Shown here piece by piece: positions 54,174 to 64,000 of a stretch of 64,000 nucleotides of DNA. The stretch is taken from the NCBI GenBank assembly GCA_963717935.1, contig CAVQXP010000001.1, positions 160,001-224,000 of the forward strand. The letters run 5' to 3'. Numbering within the stretch: position 1 is the stretch's first letter; each line of letters begins with the position of its first letter. Source of the DNA: Candidatus Eiseniibacteriota bacterium (lineage in GTDB: Bacteria; Eisenbacteria; RBG-16-71-46). The position numbers and the translations under genes were made by a program. A model generated the notes under the pieces. The model did no database searches, was not told the DNA's origin, and saw only the letters and a list, made by a program, of their open reading frames with translations.

Positions 54174-55511
54174 ATGCCACGACGCCCTCCGAAGACCCGC
54201 CGAGCCTCACCTGCCGACACGCTTTCCCGCCGCATCCGGACCCGCAAGGCCCACCTCGGCGTCATCGGTCTGGGCTATGTCGGGCTGCCCCTGGCCGTCG
54301 AGTTCGCCCGGGCCGGTTTCAAGGTGACGGGCATCGACCTCAGGGAGGACCGCGTCAAGCTGCTGCTGCGCGGGCGCTCCTACATCCAGGACGTGCCCAG
54401 CAGCGACGTGCGTGACCTCGTGCGTTCCGGGCACCTGACCGCCACCACCGATTTCGCGGCGTTGCGCCGGGCCGACGCCGTGTGCATCTGCGTCCCCACG
54501 CCGCTCTCCAAGCAGCGCGACCCGGACGTCTCCTACATCGTGGCCGCCGTGGACCAGGTCAAGAGGTACGTCCACGCCGGCCAGCTCGTGATCCTCGAGA
54601 GCACCACCTACCCCGGGACCACCGACGAGCTCATCCTGCCGGAGCTCGAGCGGGCCGGGCTCAAGGTCGGCAGGGACTTCTTCCTGGCTTTCTCGCCCGA
54701 ACGCGTGGACCCGGGCAATCCGGTCTGGCAGACCCGCAACACGCCGAAGATCGTGGGCGGCGTGACGCCGACCTGCACGAAGGTCGCGGTCGAACTCTAC
54801 CGGGAGCGTCTCGACAAGGTGGTGCCGGTCTCCTCGACGCAGGTGGCCGAGATGGTGAAGCTGCACGAGAACACCTTCCGCAGCGTCAACATCGGCCTGG
54901 TGAACGAGCTGGCCTTGATGTGCGCACGGCTCAAGATCGACGTCTGGGAGGTCATCGAGGCAGCGGCCACCAAGCCGTTCGGCTTCATGCCCTTCTACCC
55001 GGGCCCCGGTCTGGGCGGGCACTGCATCCCGATCGACCCCTTCTACCTCTCGTGGAAGGCGCGGGCCAGCGGGTTCGAGGCGCGTTTCATCGAGCTCGCC
55101 GGCTACATCAACGGCCAGATGCCCGAACACGCCGTGGACCTCGTGGCGCGTGCCCTGAACACGCGCAATCGCTCGGTGCGTGGCTCGCGCGTGCTGGTGC
55201 TGGGGGTGGCCTACAAGGCCAACATCGACGACGTGCGGGAGAGCCCGTCGCTCGACATCATGAAGACGCTCGCGGACCGCGGGGCCAAGGTCGAGTATTC
55301 CGATCCCTTCGTGGCCTCGCTCGATTTCTTCGGGCACCGCATGAAGAGCACCCCGCTCACCCCGGCGCAGTTGCGCCGTTTCGACTGCACGGTGATCGCC
55401 ACCGCACACGAGGCCTTCCCCTACGGGCTCATCCTGCGTCACTCGAAGAGCGTGGTGGACACCCGCAACGCGCTCAAGGGCAGGCGCTCGGGCAAGATCG
55501 TCAGGCTCTAG
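54174..55511 (+). CDS. UDP-N-acetyl-sugar 6-dehydrogenase (WbpA/WecC family)
   Basis: GLGYVGLP, CVPTP, ESTTYPGTT, SPERVDPG, GGHCIPIDP, AYKANIDDVRESP. Confidence 0.93.
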   Translation: MPRRPPKTRRASPADTLSRRIRTRKAHLGVIGLGYVGLPLAVEFARAGFKVTGIDLREDRVKLLLRGRSYIQDVPSSDVRDLVRSGHLTATTDFAALRRADAVCICVPTPLSKQRDPDVSYIVAAVDQVKRYVHAGQLVILESTTYPGTTDELILPELERAGLKVGRDFFLAFSPERVDPGNPVWQTRNTPKIVGGVTPTCTKVAVELYRERLDKVVPVSSTQVAEMVKLHENTFRSVNIGLVNELALMCARLKIDVWEVIEAAATKPFGFMPFYPGPGLGGHCIPIDPFYLSWKARASGFEARFIELAGYINGQMPEHAVDLVARALNTRNRSVRGSRVLVLGVAYKANIDDVRESPSLDIMKTLADRGAKVEYSDPFVASLDFFGHRMKSTPLTPAQLRRFDCTVIATAHEAFPYGLILRHSKSVVDTRNALKGRRSGKIVRL

Positions 55512-55530
55512 CGTCCGTCTCACGACGAAC

Positions 55531-55558
55531 GGGGCGGCTCTCTCGCGAGGGCCGCCCC
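55531..55558. terminator. Hairpin between convergent dehydrogenase and dnaK
   Basis: GGGGCGGCTCTC-loop-GAGGGCCGCCCC. Confidence 0.6.
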
Positions 55559-55575
55559 GAGTCGTTCCCGTGGGG

Positions 55576-57487
<1,912 letters not shown>

Positions 57488-57600
57488 GGATTTCCTTCCT
57501 TCGTCGTGATGGACGGAGACCACGCCGGTCCTGGACACCCGCCGAACGGCGGGTCCGACCGGCGTGGCACGTCCGTGGGTGAACCGGGCCGCCCTTCCGG

Positions 57601-58050
57601 CTACCCGATCTTGACCTCGATCTCGCGCAGCCGGGCCTCCTCGGCCTTGGGCACGCGCACCTCGAGCACACCGTCCTTGCTGGTCGCCTTCACCTGGTCG
57701 GCGCGCACCGGCGCGCCCAGCGTGAAGGAGCGCTCGAACGTGCCGTACGTCCGCTCGCAGCGCAGCCAGTTGCCGTCCTTCTCCGAGCACTCCTGCCTGC
57801 GCTCGCCGCGGATCGTGAGCGTGTCGCCCATGACGTGCACCTTCACGTCCTTCTGGGCGACGCCCGGCAGGTCCAGGCGCAGGACGAACTGCTCGGGCGT
57901 CTCCTCGATGTCCACGACCGGCACGAAGTCGAACGCCGCGCGGGCGCTCGGCCGCCCGAAGGCGCTGTCGAACAGCCGGTTCATCTCCTCGTGCATGGTG
58001 AGCAGGTCCCGCATCGGCGGGGCCGCGGGATTCCAGCGGATGACTTGCAT
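57601..58050 (-). CDS. Hsp20/alpha-crystallin small heat shock protein
   Basis: [50 protein letters not shown]. Confidence 0.93.
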   Translation of the reverse strand: MQVIRWNPAAPPMRDLLTMHEEMNRLFDSAFGRPSARAAFDFVPVVDIEETPEQFVLRLDLPGVAQKDVKVHVMGDTLTIRGERRQECSEKDGNWLRCERTYGTFERSFTLGAPVRADQVKATSKDGVLEVRVPKAEEARLREIEVKIG

Positions 58051-58157
58051 CGTGATGATCTCCTCTTGCTTGGACGATGACGTCTCGTCAGGCGCCGCGT
58101 CCGGACCGGCCCTGGCCGGGTCCGCGTGGCGCGTTCTCCTGGTTACCGGACCTTGAA

Positions 58158-58173
58158 CGCAGGCCGTGTGCCA
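58158..58173 (-). promoter_or_regulatory. Candidate sigma54 promoter for hsp20-dnaK
   Basis: Minus strand TGGCACACGGCCTGCG (TGGCAC-N5-CTGC). Confidence 0.55.
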
Positions 58174-58366
58174 GCAGTTCGCGAATCGGCTAATCCGCTG
58201 TCTCACAGCGATCCCGGCGACGGAGGCCCTCATCACAGGCACTCGAACGGCCGCACGCGCGCCGCGTTCACCGCCGAAACAGCCACCGTTTCGCTGCGGA
58301 ACGCGCTGTCCAGTCGGCGGACGCCGCGTTGGGCGGAGCACGTCCCTTCTGCTAGCGTGGCGCGCG

Positions 58367-59349
58367 ATGCGAATCAGCCTCTTCCTCCCCCACGTCGGCG
58401 TCTTCGGTGGCGTGCGCCGCTTCCTCGAGCTGGGCAACGTCTGGAGCGCGGGCGGGCACGCCGTCACGCTCTTCCATCCCGGGGGCGAGCCGCCCGCGTG
58501 GCTCCCCTTCGCCGGGGCACCCGCCCGTCTCGACGAGGCCGCCCCCGGGGGCGCCAGCCGATCTCGCCCTCTGCGCCGACCCGCACACCTTCGACGCCTT
58601 CGCCGCCCGCGCGCCCGGTGCGCCGTCTACTACTGCGTGATCGAGGGCGACCCGGGCGTCGCCCGCGCGCTGGCGCGCCCGGACATCCGCCTCGCCGCCA
58701 ACTCGGGGCCGCTGCGCCGCGCGCTCGAGCGGCGCTCGCGCCGGCCGGTGCTCGACGGCGTCGGCGGCATCAACACGCGACAGTTCCGGCCCGACCCGGC
58801 CCGACGCGCGGACGGCGCCGCTGCGCGTGCTGCTCAACGGACGCCGCTCGCGCCCCAAGAAGGGCACCGACCTCGTGCTGCGCGCGCTCGCCGGCGCTGG
58901 CCGGGCACGTGCCCGACGTTCGAGGTCGTGCTCTTCGACTGCGCTCGGACCGCAGAACCGGCAGGACCCGCGCGACGGCGCGCCCTGCCCGGCGCAACAC
59001 GCGCTTCGTGCTCGACCCCACGCAGGAGGAGCTGGTCGCGCTCTACCAGTCGGCGCACCTGTTCGTGGCCGCCGAGCGCAAGGCGGGCTGGTGCAACACC
59101 GCGCTCGAGGCCATGGCCTGCGGCACCGCCGTCGTCTGCACGAGAAGCGGCACGACGCGACTTCGCCCGGGACGGCGAGAACGCGCTGGTCGCGCGCTGG
59201 CGGCACCCATTCGCCTGCGCCCGCTCATCGCCCGCGTCCTGCGCGAGCCCGCCCTGCGCGAACGGCTTGGCGCCGCAGGCCCTGCGACCGCCGCCGCGTG
59301 GACCTGGGAGATCCTGGCCGCGAAGCTGCTCGCCGCGCTGGTGCCGTAG
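58367..59349 (+). CDS. Glycosyltransferase family 4 (multiple frameshifts)
   Basis: FGGVRRFLELGN, KKGTDL, ELVALYQSAHLFV, ALEAMACGTAVV, DGENALV. Confidence 0.85.
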
Positions 59350-59389
59350 CGGGAAGGGGGCGGGCCCCTCAGGGTCCGCCCCCTCCCGC
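59349..59389. terminator. Hairpin between convergent genes
   Basis: AGGGGGCGGGCCC-ctca-GGGTCCGCCCCCT. Confidence 0.6.
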
Positions 59390-59425
59390 ACCGCGCCCAC
59401 CCGCGCGCGGACGCCGGACACGCTC

Positions 59426-59872
59426 TCATCGCTGCGGCAGGTAGCCCGCCTTCTCCTCGCCCACCAGCAGCTCGTCCTTCGTGTAGATGAAGGCCTCGCG
59501 CCGGTAGTCCGCCAGCTCGTAGTCCTTCTCGAGGAAGATGGCGTCCTCGGGGCAGGCCTCCTCGCACATGCCGCAGAAGATGCAGCGCAGCACGTTGATC
59601 TCGTAGCGCTCGGCATGGCGTTCGCCGTGCGAGCGGGGGTGATCCGGGTCGTTCTCCGCGGCCTTCACGAAGATGGCGTCGGCCGGGCAGGCCACCGCGC
59701 AGAGCTCGCAGCCCACGCAGCGCTCCAGTCCGTCCTCGTGCCGCGCCAGGATGTGCAGCCCCCGGAAGCGCGGGAACATCACCAGCTTCTCGTTCGGGTA
59801 CTGCAGGGTCACCGGCTTCCTGAAGAACTGATCGAGCGTGACACCGAGCCCCGTCGCCAACTCCTTGATCAT
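59426..59872 (-). CDS. nuoI: NADH-quinone oxidoreductase subunit I
   Basis: VTLQYP, RFRGLH, CVGCELCAVACP, CIFCGMCEEACP. Confidence 0.92.
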   Translation of the reverse strand: MIKELATGLGVTLDQFFRKPVTLQYPNEKLVMFPRFRGLHILARHEDGLERCVGCELCAVACPADAIFVKAAENDPDHPRSHGERHAERYEINVLRCIFCGMCEEACPEDAIFLEKDYELADYRREAFIYTKDELLVGEEKAGYLPQR

Positions 59873-60019
59873 GCTGCGGACTCCTCGCAGGCCGAGACGG
59901 TTGCCATCCGGACACCGGAGGCAGGATAGCCGGGGCTCGAACCCGGCGCAAACGAGGCGGCCCCGATGCCGGCGCCCGCTCCCGCCCGGCCTCGTGACTG
60001 TCGGGCCTGCCCGCCGCCC

Positions 60020-60580
60020 CTACAGCCTCGGCAGCGTGATGCCCCGCTGGGCCTGGTACTTGCCCGCCTTGTCCTTGTACGAGACCTCGCAGGGCGAGTC
60101 GCTCTCGAAGAAGAGCACCTGGGCGATGCCCTCGTTGGCGTAGACCTTCGCGGGCAGCGGCGTGGTGTTGCTGATCTCGAGCGTCACGAAGCCCTCCCAC
60201 TCGGGCTCGAAGGGCGTAACGTTCGTGATGATGCCGCAGCGGGCGTAGGTGCTCTTCCCCAGGCACACCGTGATCACGTTGCGCGGGATGCGGAAGTACT
60301 CGACGCTGCGCCCCAGCGCGAAGGAGTTGGGCGGGATGAGGGCGACCGGTCCCTTGAAGTCCACCATCGAGGCGGGGTCCATGTTCTTGGGGTCCACGAT
60401 GGTCGAGTTCACGTTCGTGAAGATCTTGAACTCGTCGGCGATGCGCAGGTCGTAGCCGTAGGACGAGACACCGTAGGAGATGGCTCCGGAGCGGACCTGC
60501 TTCTCCTCGAACGGATCGATCATCTTGTGCTCGCGGCACATCTGCCGGATCCAGTGGTCGGGACGGATGGACATCCTCAT
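60020..60580 (-). CDS. dcd: dCTP deaminase
   Basis: [46 protein letters not shown]. Confidence 0.96.
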   Translation of the reverse strand: MRMSIRPDHWIRQMCREHKMIDPFEEKQVRSGAISYGVSSYGYDLRIADEFKIFTNVNSTIVDPKNMDPASMVDFKGPVALIPPNSFALGRSVEYFRIPRNVITVCLGKSTYARCGIITNVTPFEPEWEGFVTLEISNTTPLPAKVYANEGIAQVLFFESDSPCEVSYKDKAGKYQAQRGITLPRL

Positions 60581-60937
60581 TCCTCCGAAGGGTTGAAGCG
60601 GCCCAGCATCCGGACCGCATGGACGAGTTCGGGCAGCAACAGCCGCTTCAGCGCCAGCTCCACGGCGGCGCGTGAGCCGGGCAGCAGCACGACGAGGCGG
60701 CCGCGCGCGACGAAGGCCTCGGCGCGCGAGAGCCAGGCGGCCGCGCCGACCTGCCCCGCCGAGAGCACGCGGAACAGCTCGCCGAAGCCGGGCACGGACC
60801 GCTCGGCGAGTGGCGCCAGCGCCTCGGGCGTGCGGTCGCGCGGGCCGAGGCCAGTGCCGCCGGTGACGATGAGCACGTCCACTTCGGCGCGCGCCAGGGC
60901 CGCGCGGGCCGCGCGCCGCAGGGCGGCGGGCTCGTCG
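60577..60937 (-). CDS. MogA/MoaB molybdopterin adenylyltransferase-like protein, N-terminus cut off at junction
   Basis: [31 protein letters not shown]; the upstream part of ORF 60577..61200 is antisense of unrelated DNA. Confidence 0.85.
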
Positions 60938-61130
60938 AATAAGAACATGAAATTCATTCCAAGAGGATGATCTCGGTCATGGTGGAAGATGAATTCGTCC
61001 CGGCAGTGGTGGCAGTCATCACCAAGGTCAACCGCACCGGCAACTTCGGTGACGGCAGGATCTCGTCTGTCCGGTGGAAGAGTCAGTCCGCATAAGGACC
61101 GGCGAGAGGGGGAGCGTGGCCATATCATGA
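60938..61130 (+). CDS. nifI2: NifI2-type P-II family nitrogen regulator, C-terminal fragment with indels
   Basis: [53 protein letters not shown]; stop overlaps the nifD ATG. Confidence 0.75.
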
Positions 61131-62712
61131 GCGGAGTCGAAAAAACCGTGGAGAGCGTAGTGGAAAGTGCGATTCCCCGCGCCAAAGATCCGGTAACCAT
61201 CGCTCACAGCAAACAGGTGGTGGAGGGAATGCTGAAAGGCTTTCCCAAGAAGACGATTGAGGTGAGAAGCAAGCACGTGGTGGTCAAAGATTCCTGCGAG
61301 GTCGAGCAGAAGATCGATGCCAACAGCCGTACCATTCCCGGCATCCTCACCAATCGGGGCTGCGCTTACGCCGGCTCCAAGGGCGTGGTCTTCGGGCCCA
61401 TCAAGGATATACTGCATATCACCCACGGCCCTATCGGCTGTGCGTATTTCACCTGGGGCACCAGAAGAAATCTCATGAGCAAAGAAGAAGGCAGAGACTG
61501 CTTCGCCGGCTATTGCCTGAGCACTGACGTCAAGGAGACGGATATCGTCTTTGGAGCGGAGAAGAAGCTGGCTGCAGCCATTCGAGAGGCTTATGCCATC
61601 TTCAAGCCCGAGTGTATCTCGGTCTTCTGCACCTGCCCCATCGGCCTTATTGGCGACGATATCGAGTCCGTCTGCCGCAAAGCCGAGGCGGATCTGAGGA
61701 TCAAGGTCATCCCCGTGCGATGCGAAGGCTACCGCGGCGTCAGCCAATCGGCAGGCCACCACATCGCCTCCAATGCCCTGATGGAGCATCTGGTGGGCAG
61801 CGAAGAGCTGGAAGACCCCGGGCCCTTTGACGTCAACGTCTTCGGCGAATACAACATCGGCGGAGACTACTGGGTGGTCAAGGATCTGCTGGAGAAGGTG
61901 GGATACAGAGTAGTCAGCCCCTTCACCGGCGACGCCTCCTTCCATGATATCGCCAAAGCCCATCGGGCCAAGCTCAACATCCTGCTCTGCCACCGCTCCA
62001 TCAACTACACCAACCGCATGATGGAAGAAAAGTACGGCGTTCCCTGGCTGAAGGTCAACTACCTGGGCGTAGAAGACACTATCAAGACCCTGCGGGACAT
62101 GGCCGTCTTCTTCGACAACCCGGATCTGACCAAAAAGACAGAGGCAGTAATCGCCGAGGAGATGGCCAAAATCCAGCCGGTCATTGATATGTACAAAAAG
62201 AGGCTGGCCGGAAAGAGGGTCATGATCCTGGTGGGAGGATCGCGTGCTCATCATGTCCGCAATATGTTCGAGACCCTGGGCATGGACGTGGTCGTGGCCG
62301 GCTACGAGTTCGCCCACCGGGATGACTATGAGGGCAGAAAAGCGCTCTCCAGCATCGTTCATACCGGACAGTCCAAGGTCCTGGCCGATATCCACTACAA
62401 ACGCGATCCCAATGTGGTTTCGCCCTACGACGATGCCGCTATCCAGAAGAAGAAAGAAAAAATTCCAAGACTGATGGACTATGAAGGCCTGCTGCCCGAT
62501 ATGAAAGACGGCCAGGTCATGATCGACGACTACAGCCATCACGGTGCGAGCGCCTGGTGAAGGATCTAGGAATAGATCTCTTCTGTTCGGGAATCAAAGA
62601 CAAGTACGTCTTCCAGAAGATGCACATCCCCTCCAGGCAGATGCACTCCTATGACTACAGCGGTCCTTACACCGGATTTGAAGGATTCGTTCAGTTCGCC
62701 AAGGACATCGAA
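61127..62712 (+). CDS. nifD: Nitrogenase MoFe protein alpha chain (group II, anaerobe/methanogen type); frameshift near 62545, C-terminus cut off
   Basis: P-cluster Cys in RGCAYAG, PIGC and [14 protein letters not shown]; FeMoco ligands LCHRS and QMHSYDY; GGSRAHH plus the group II insertion after HRDDYEGR. Confidence 0.92.
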
Positions 62713-62766
62713 AATGAAGGAGTTAGTAAATTGAACGCGTTAGAAAATAAAGGAGCTGTAAAATGA
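62713..62766 (+). CDS. C-terminal fragment of the gene preceding rnfE (probably RnfG)
   Basis: AT-rich [17 protein letters not shown] overlapping the rnfE start; assigned from gene order only. Confidence 0.4.
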   Translation, partial: NEGVSKLNALENKGAVK

Positions 62767-63455
62767 AAAAACAAGTTACACTCCTGCGCGAATTCACAAA
62801 AGGTTTATGGGAAATAAACCCGACGTTCAAACAAATACTTGGAATGTGCCCTACACTTGCTGTTACTGTCTCTGCAATAAATGGAATTGCAATGGCGCTT
62901 GCAACAACTTTTGTGCTGGTATTTTCAAGTTTACTCATATCGCTAATAAGAAAATGGATTCCAAGTCAGGTTAGAATTGCAGCATACATTGTTATCATTG
63001 CAACATTTGTAACAATAGTAGATCTTGTGATGAAGGCTCAGTTTCAGGAATTAAGCAAAGCTCTCGGACCATTTATTCCGCTTATAGTTGTAAACTGTAT
63101 TATTCTCGGAAGAGCTGAAGCGTTCGCATCAAAAAACAATGCGCTAAGATCGGTTCTGGATGCACTTGGTAATGGTGCCGGATTTTTAATTTCACTTTTT
63201 GTTCTTGGCGGAATCAGGGAAATTATAGGTTCAAGAACAATTCTTGGCTACCAGGTCTTACCAAACGGATTTGAACCATGGTTAATTATGATTCTTCCGG
63301 CTGGTGCATTTTTAACTCTTGGCTTAATGATGGGTTTTGCAAATATGTATATCGAACGTAAGAAAAATCTTGAACGTGATGCTTTGATTGCTCAATATAA
63401 GCGGGTTGGCAGAGATGAAATTACGGATGAAGTATTAAAAGAGGCAGGAGTATAA
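62763..63455 (+). CDS. rnfE: Rnf electron transport complex subunit E
   Basis: [45 protein letters not shown]. Confidence 0.93.
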   Translation: MKKQVTLLREFTKGLWEINPTFKQILGMCPTLAVTVSAINGIAMALATTFVLVFSSLLISLIRKWIPSQVRIAAYIVIIATFVTIVDLVMKAQFQELSKALGPFIPLIVVNCIILGRAEAFASKNNALRSVLDALGNGAGFLISLFVLGGIREIIGSRTILGYQVLPNGFEPWLIMILPAGAFLTLGLMMGFANMYIERKKNLERDALIAQYKRVGRDEITDEVLKEAGV

Positions 63456-63457
63456 TT

Positions 63458-64000
63458 ATGGAACTGTTAATAATTTTTATTTCCGCGGCCTTAGTTAACA
63501 ATTTTGTTCTTTCATACTTCCTTGGAATTTGCCCTTTTATTGGAGTATCAAACAAAACATCTTCTGCTATTTCAATGGGAATGGCAACAACTTTTGTAAT
63601 GGTGCTTACGGCAATTGTAAGCTGGCTGCTTTTTAATCTGATTCTTGTTCCTTACAAATTAGAATTCTTGCAGATTCCATCGTTTATTCTAGTTATTGCT
63701 GCATTAGTTCAGTTTGTTGAGATGGTAATTAAAAAAGTTTCTCAGCCATTATATAGAGCTCTTGGAATTTTTCTTCCGTTGATAACAACTAACTGCGCGA
63801 TACTGGGCTTAGCATTGCTTGCATCTATGAGGGAATATAATTTTCTTGAAAGCGTTATTTTTGGATTTGGCGCCGGTGCTGGTTTTACTCTTGCCTTGGT
63901 AATTATGGCTGGAATAAGAGAAGAGCTTGATTTAGCAGATGTTCCAAAACCATTTCAAGGTGCACCGATTACTTTAATTGTTGCCGGAATTTTAGCGCTT
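63458..64000 (+). CDS. rnfA: Rnf electron transport complex subunit A (runs off window end)
   Basis: MELLIIFISAALVNNFVLSYFLGICPFIGVS, LGIFLPLITTNCAILG, MAGIREEL. Confidence 0.93.
   Translation, partial: MELLIIFISAALVNNFVLSYFLGICPFIGVSNKTSSAISMGMATTFVMVLTAIVSWLLFNLILVPYKLEFLQIPSFILVIAALVQFVEMVIKKVSQPLYRALGIFLPLITTNCAILGLALLASMREYNFLESVIFGFGAGAGFTLALVIMAGIREELDLADVPKPFQGAPITLIVAGILAL

Noticed and set aside
58171..58193. CIRCE-like inverted repeat upstream of hsp20
   Set aside because: Only TTAGC...GCTGG resembles the consensus; arms and 9-nt spacing do not fit TTAGCACTC-N9-GAGTGCTAA
59930..59946. tRNA T-arm-like hairpin (CCGGG-TTCGAGC-CCCGG on minus strand)
   Set aside because: No matching acceptor stem, D arm or anticodon arm; not a tRNA
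60577..61200. 207-aa MoaB with a novel N-terminus, and 62557..62766 as a separate gene
   Set aside because: Both ORFs cross composition junctions and are composites of unrelated sequences

Overview
About 61 kb of a very GC-rich bacterial chromosome (style suggests a Ca. Eisenbacteria-like or similar uncultured lineage; inference only), followed by two abrupt junctions into unrelated DNA. Many core genes, including dnaK, malic enzyme and threonine synthase, are split by single-base indels, which looks like uncorrected long-read error rather than gene decay. The GC-rich part is dominated by peptide and amino-acid catabolism: three tandem PepF paralogs, two M29-like aminopeptidases, an M2/M3 peptidase, an MIO ammonia-lyase with Ala-Cys-Gly, and a dipeptide epimerase. 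It also carries bacillithiol synthesis (bshC-bshB1-bshA), envelope genes (murJ, uppP, glycosyltransferases), an ECF sigma factor, and hsp20-dnaK behind a sigma54-like promoter. The most interesting locus is 20.8-27.5 kb: an orphan BMC-T shell gene and DUF485-actP (with a structured leader that may hide its RBS) converge on a transmembrane sCache-PAS-CBS-DUF294 nucleotidyltransferase closely followed by a metallophosphoesterase, a candidate carboxylate-sensing nucleotidylation writer/eraser system. Other highlights are a circularly permuted YpdA/TrxB-like flavoprotein fused to a membrane 4Fe-4S domain, an unannotated 33-aa basic peptide, a 197-bp inverted-repeat-bounded fold-back element and a DUF1611 remnant. 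After about 60937 the sequence switches to a mid-GC nifI2-nifD fragment, and after about 62712 to an AT-rich rnfG-rnfE-rnfA fragment. Both junctions fall inside genes and are most likely chimeric joins. No rRNA, tRNA, CRISPR array or transposase was recognised.
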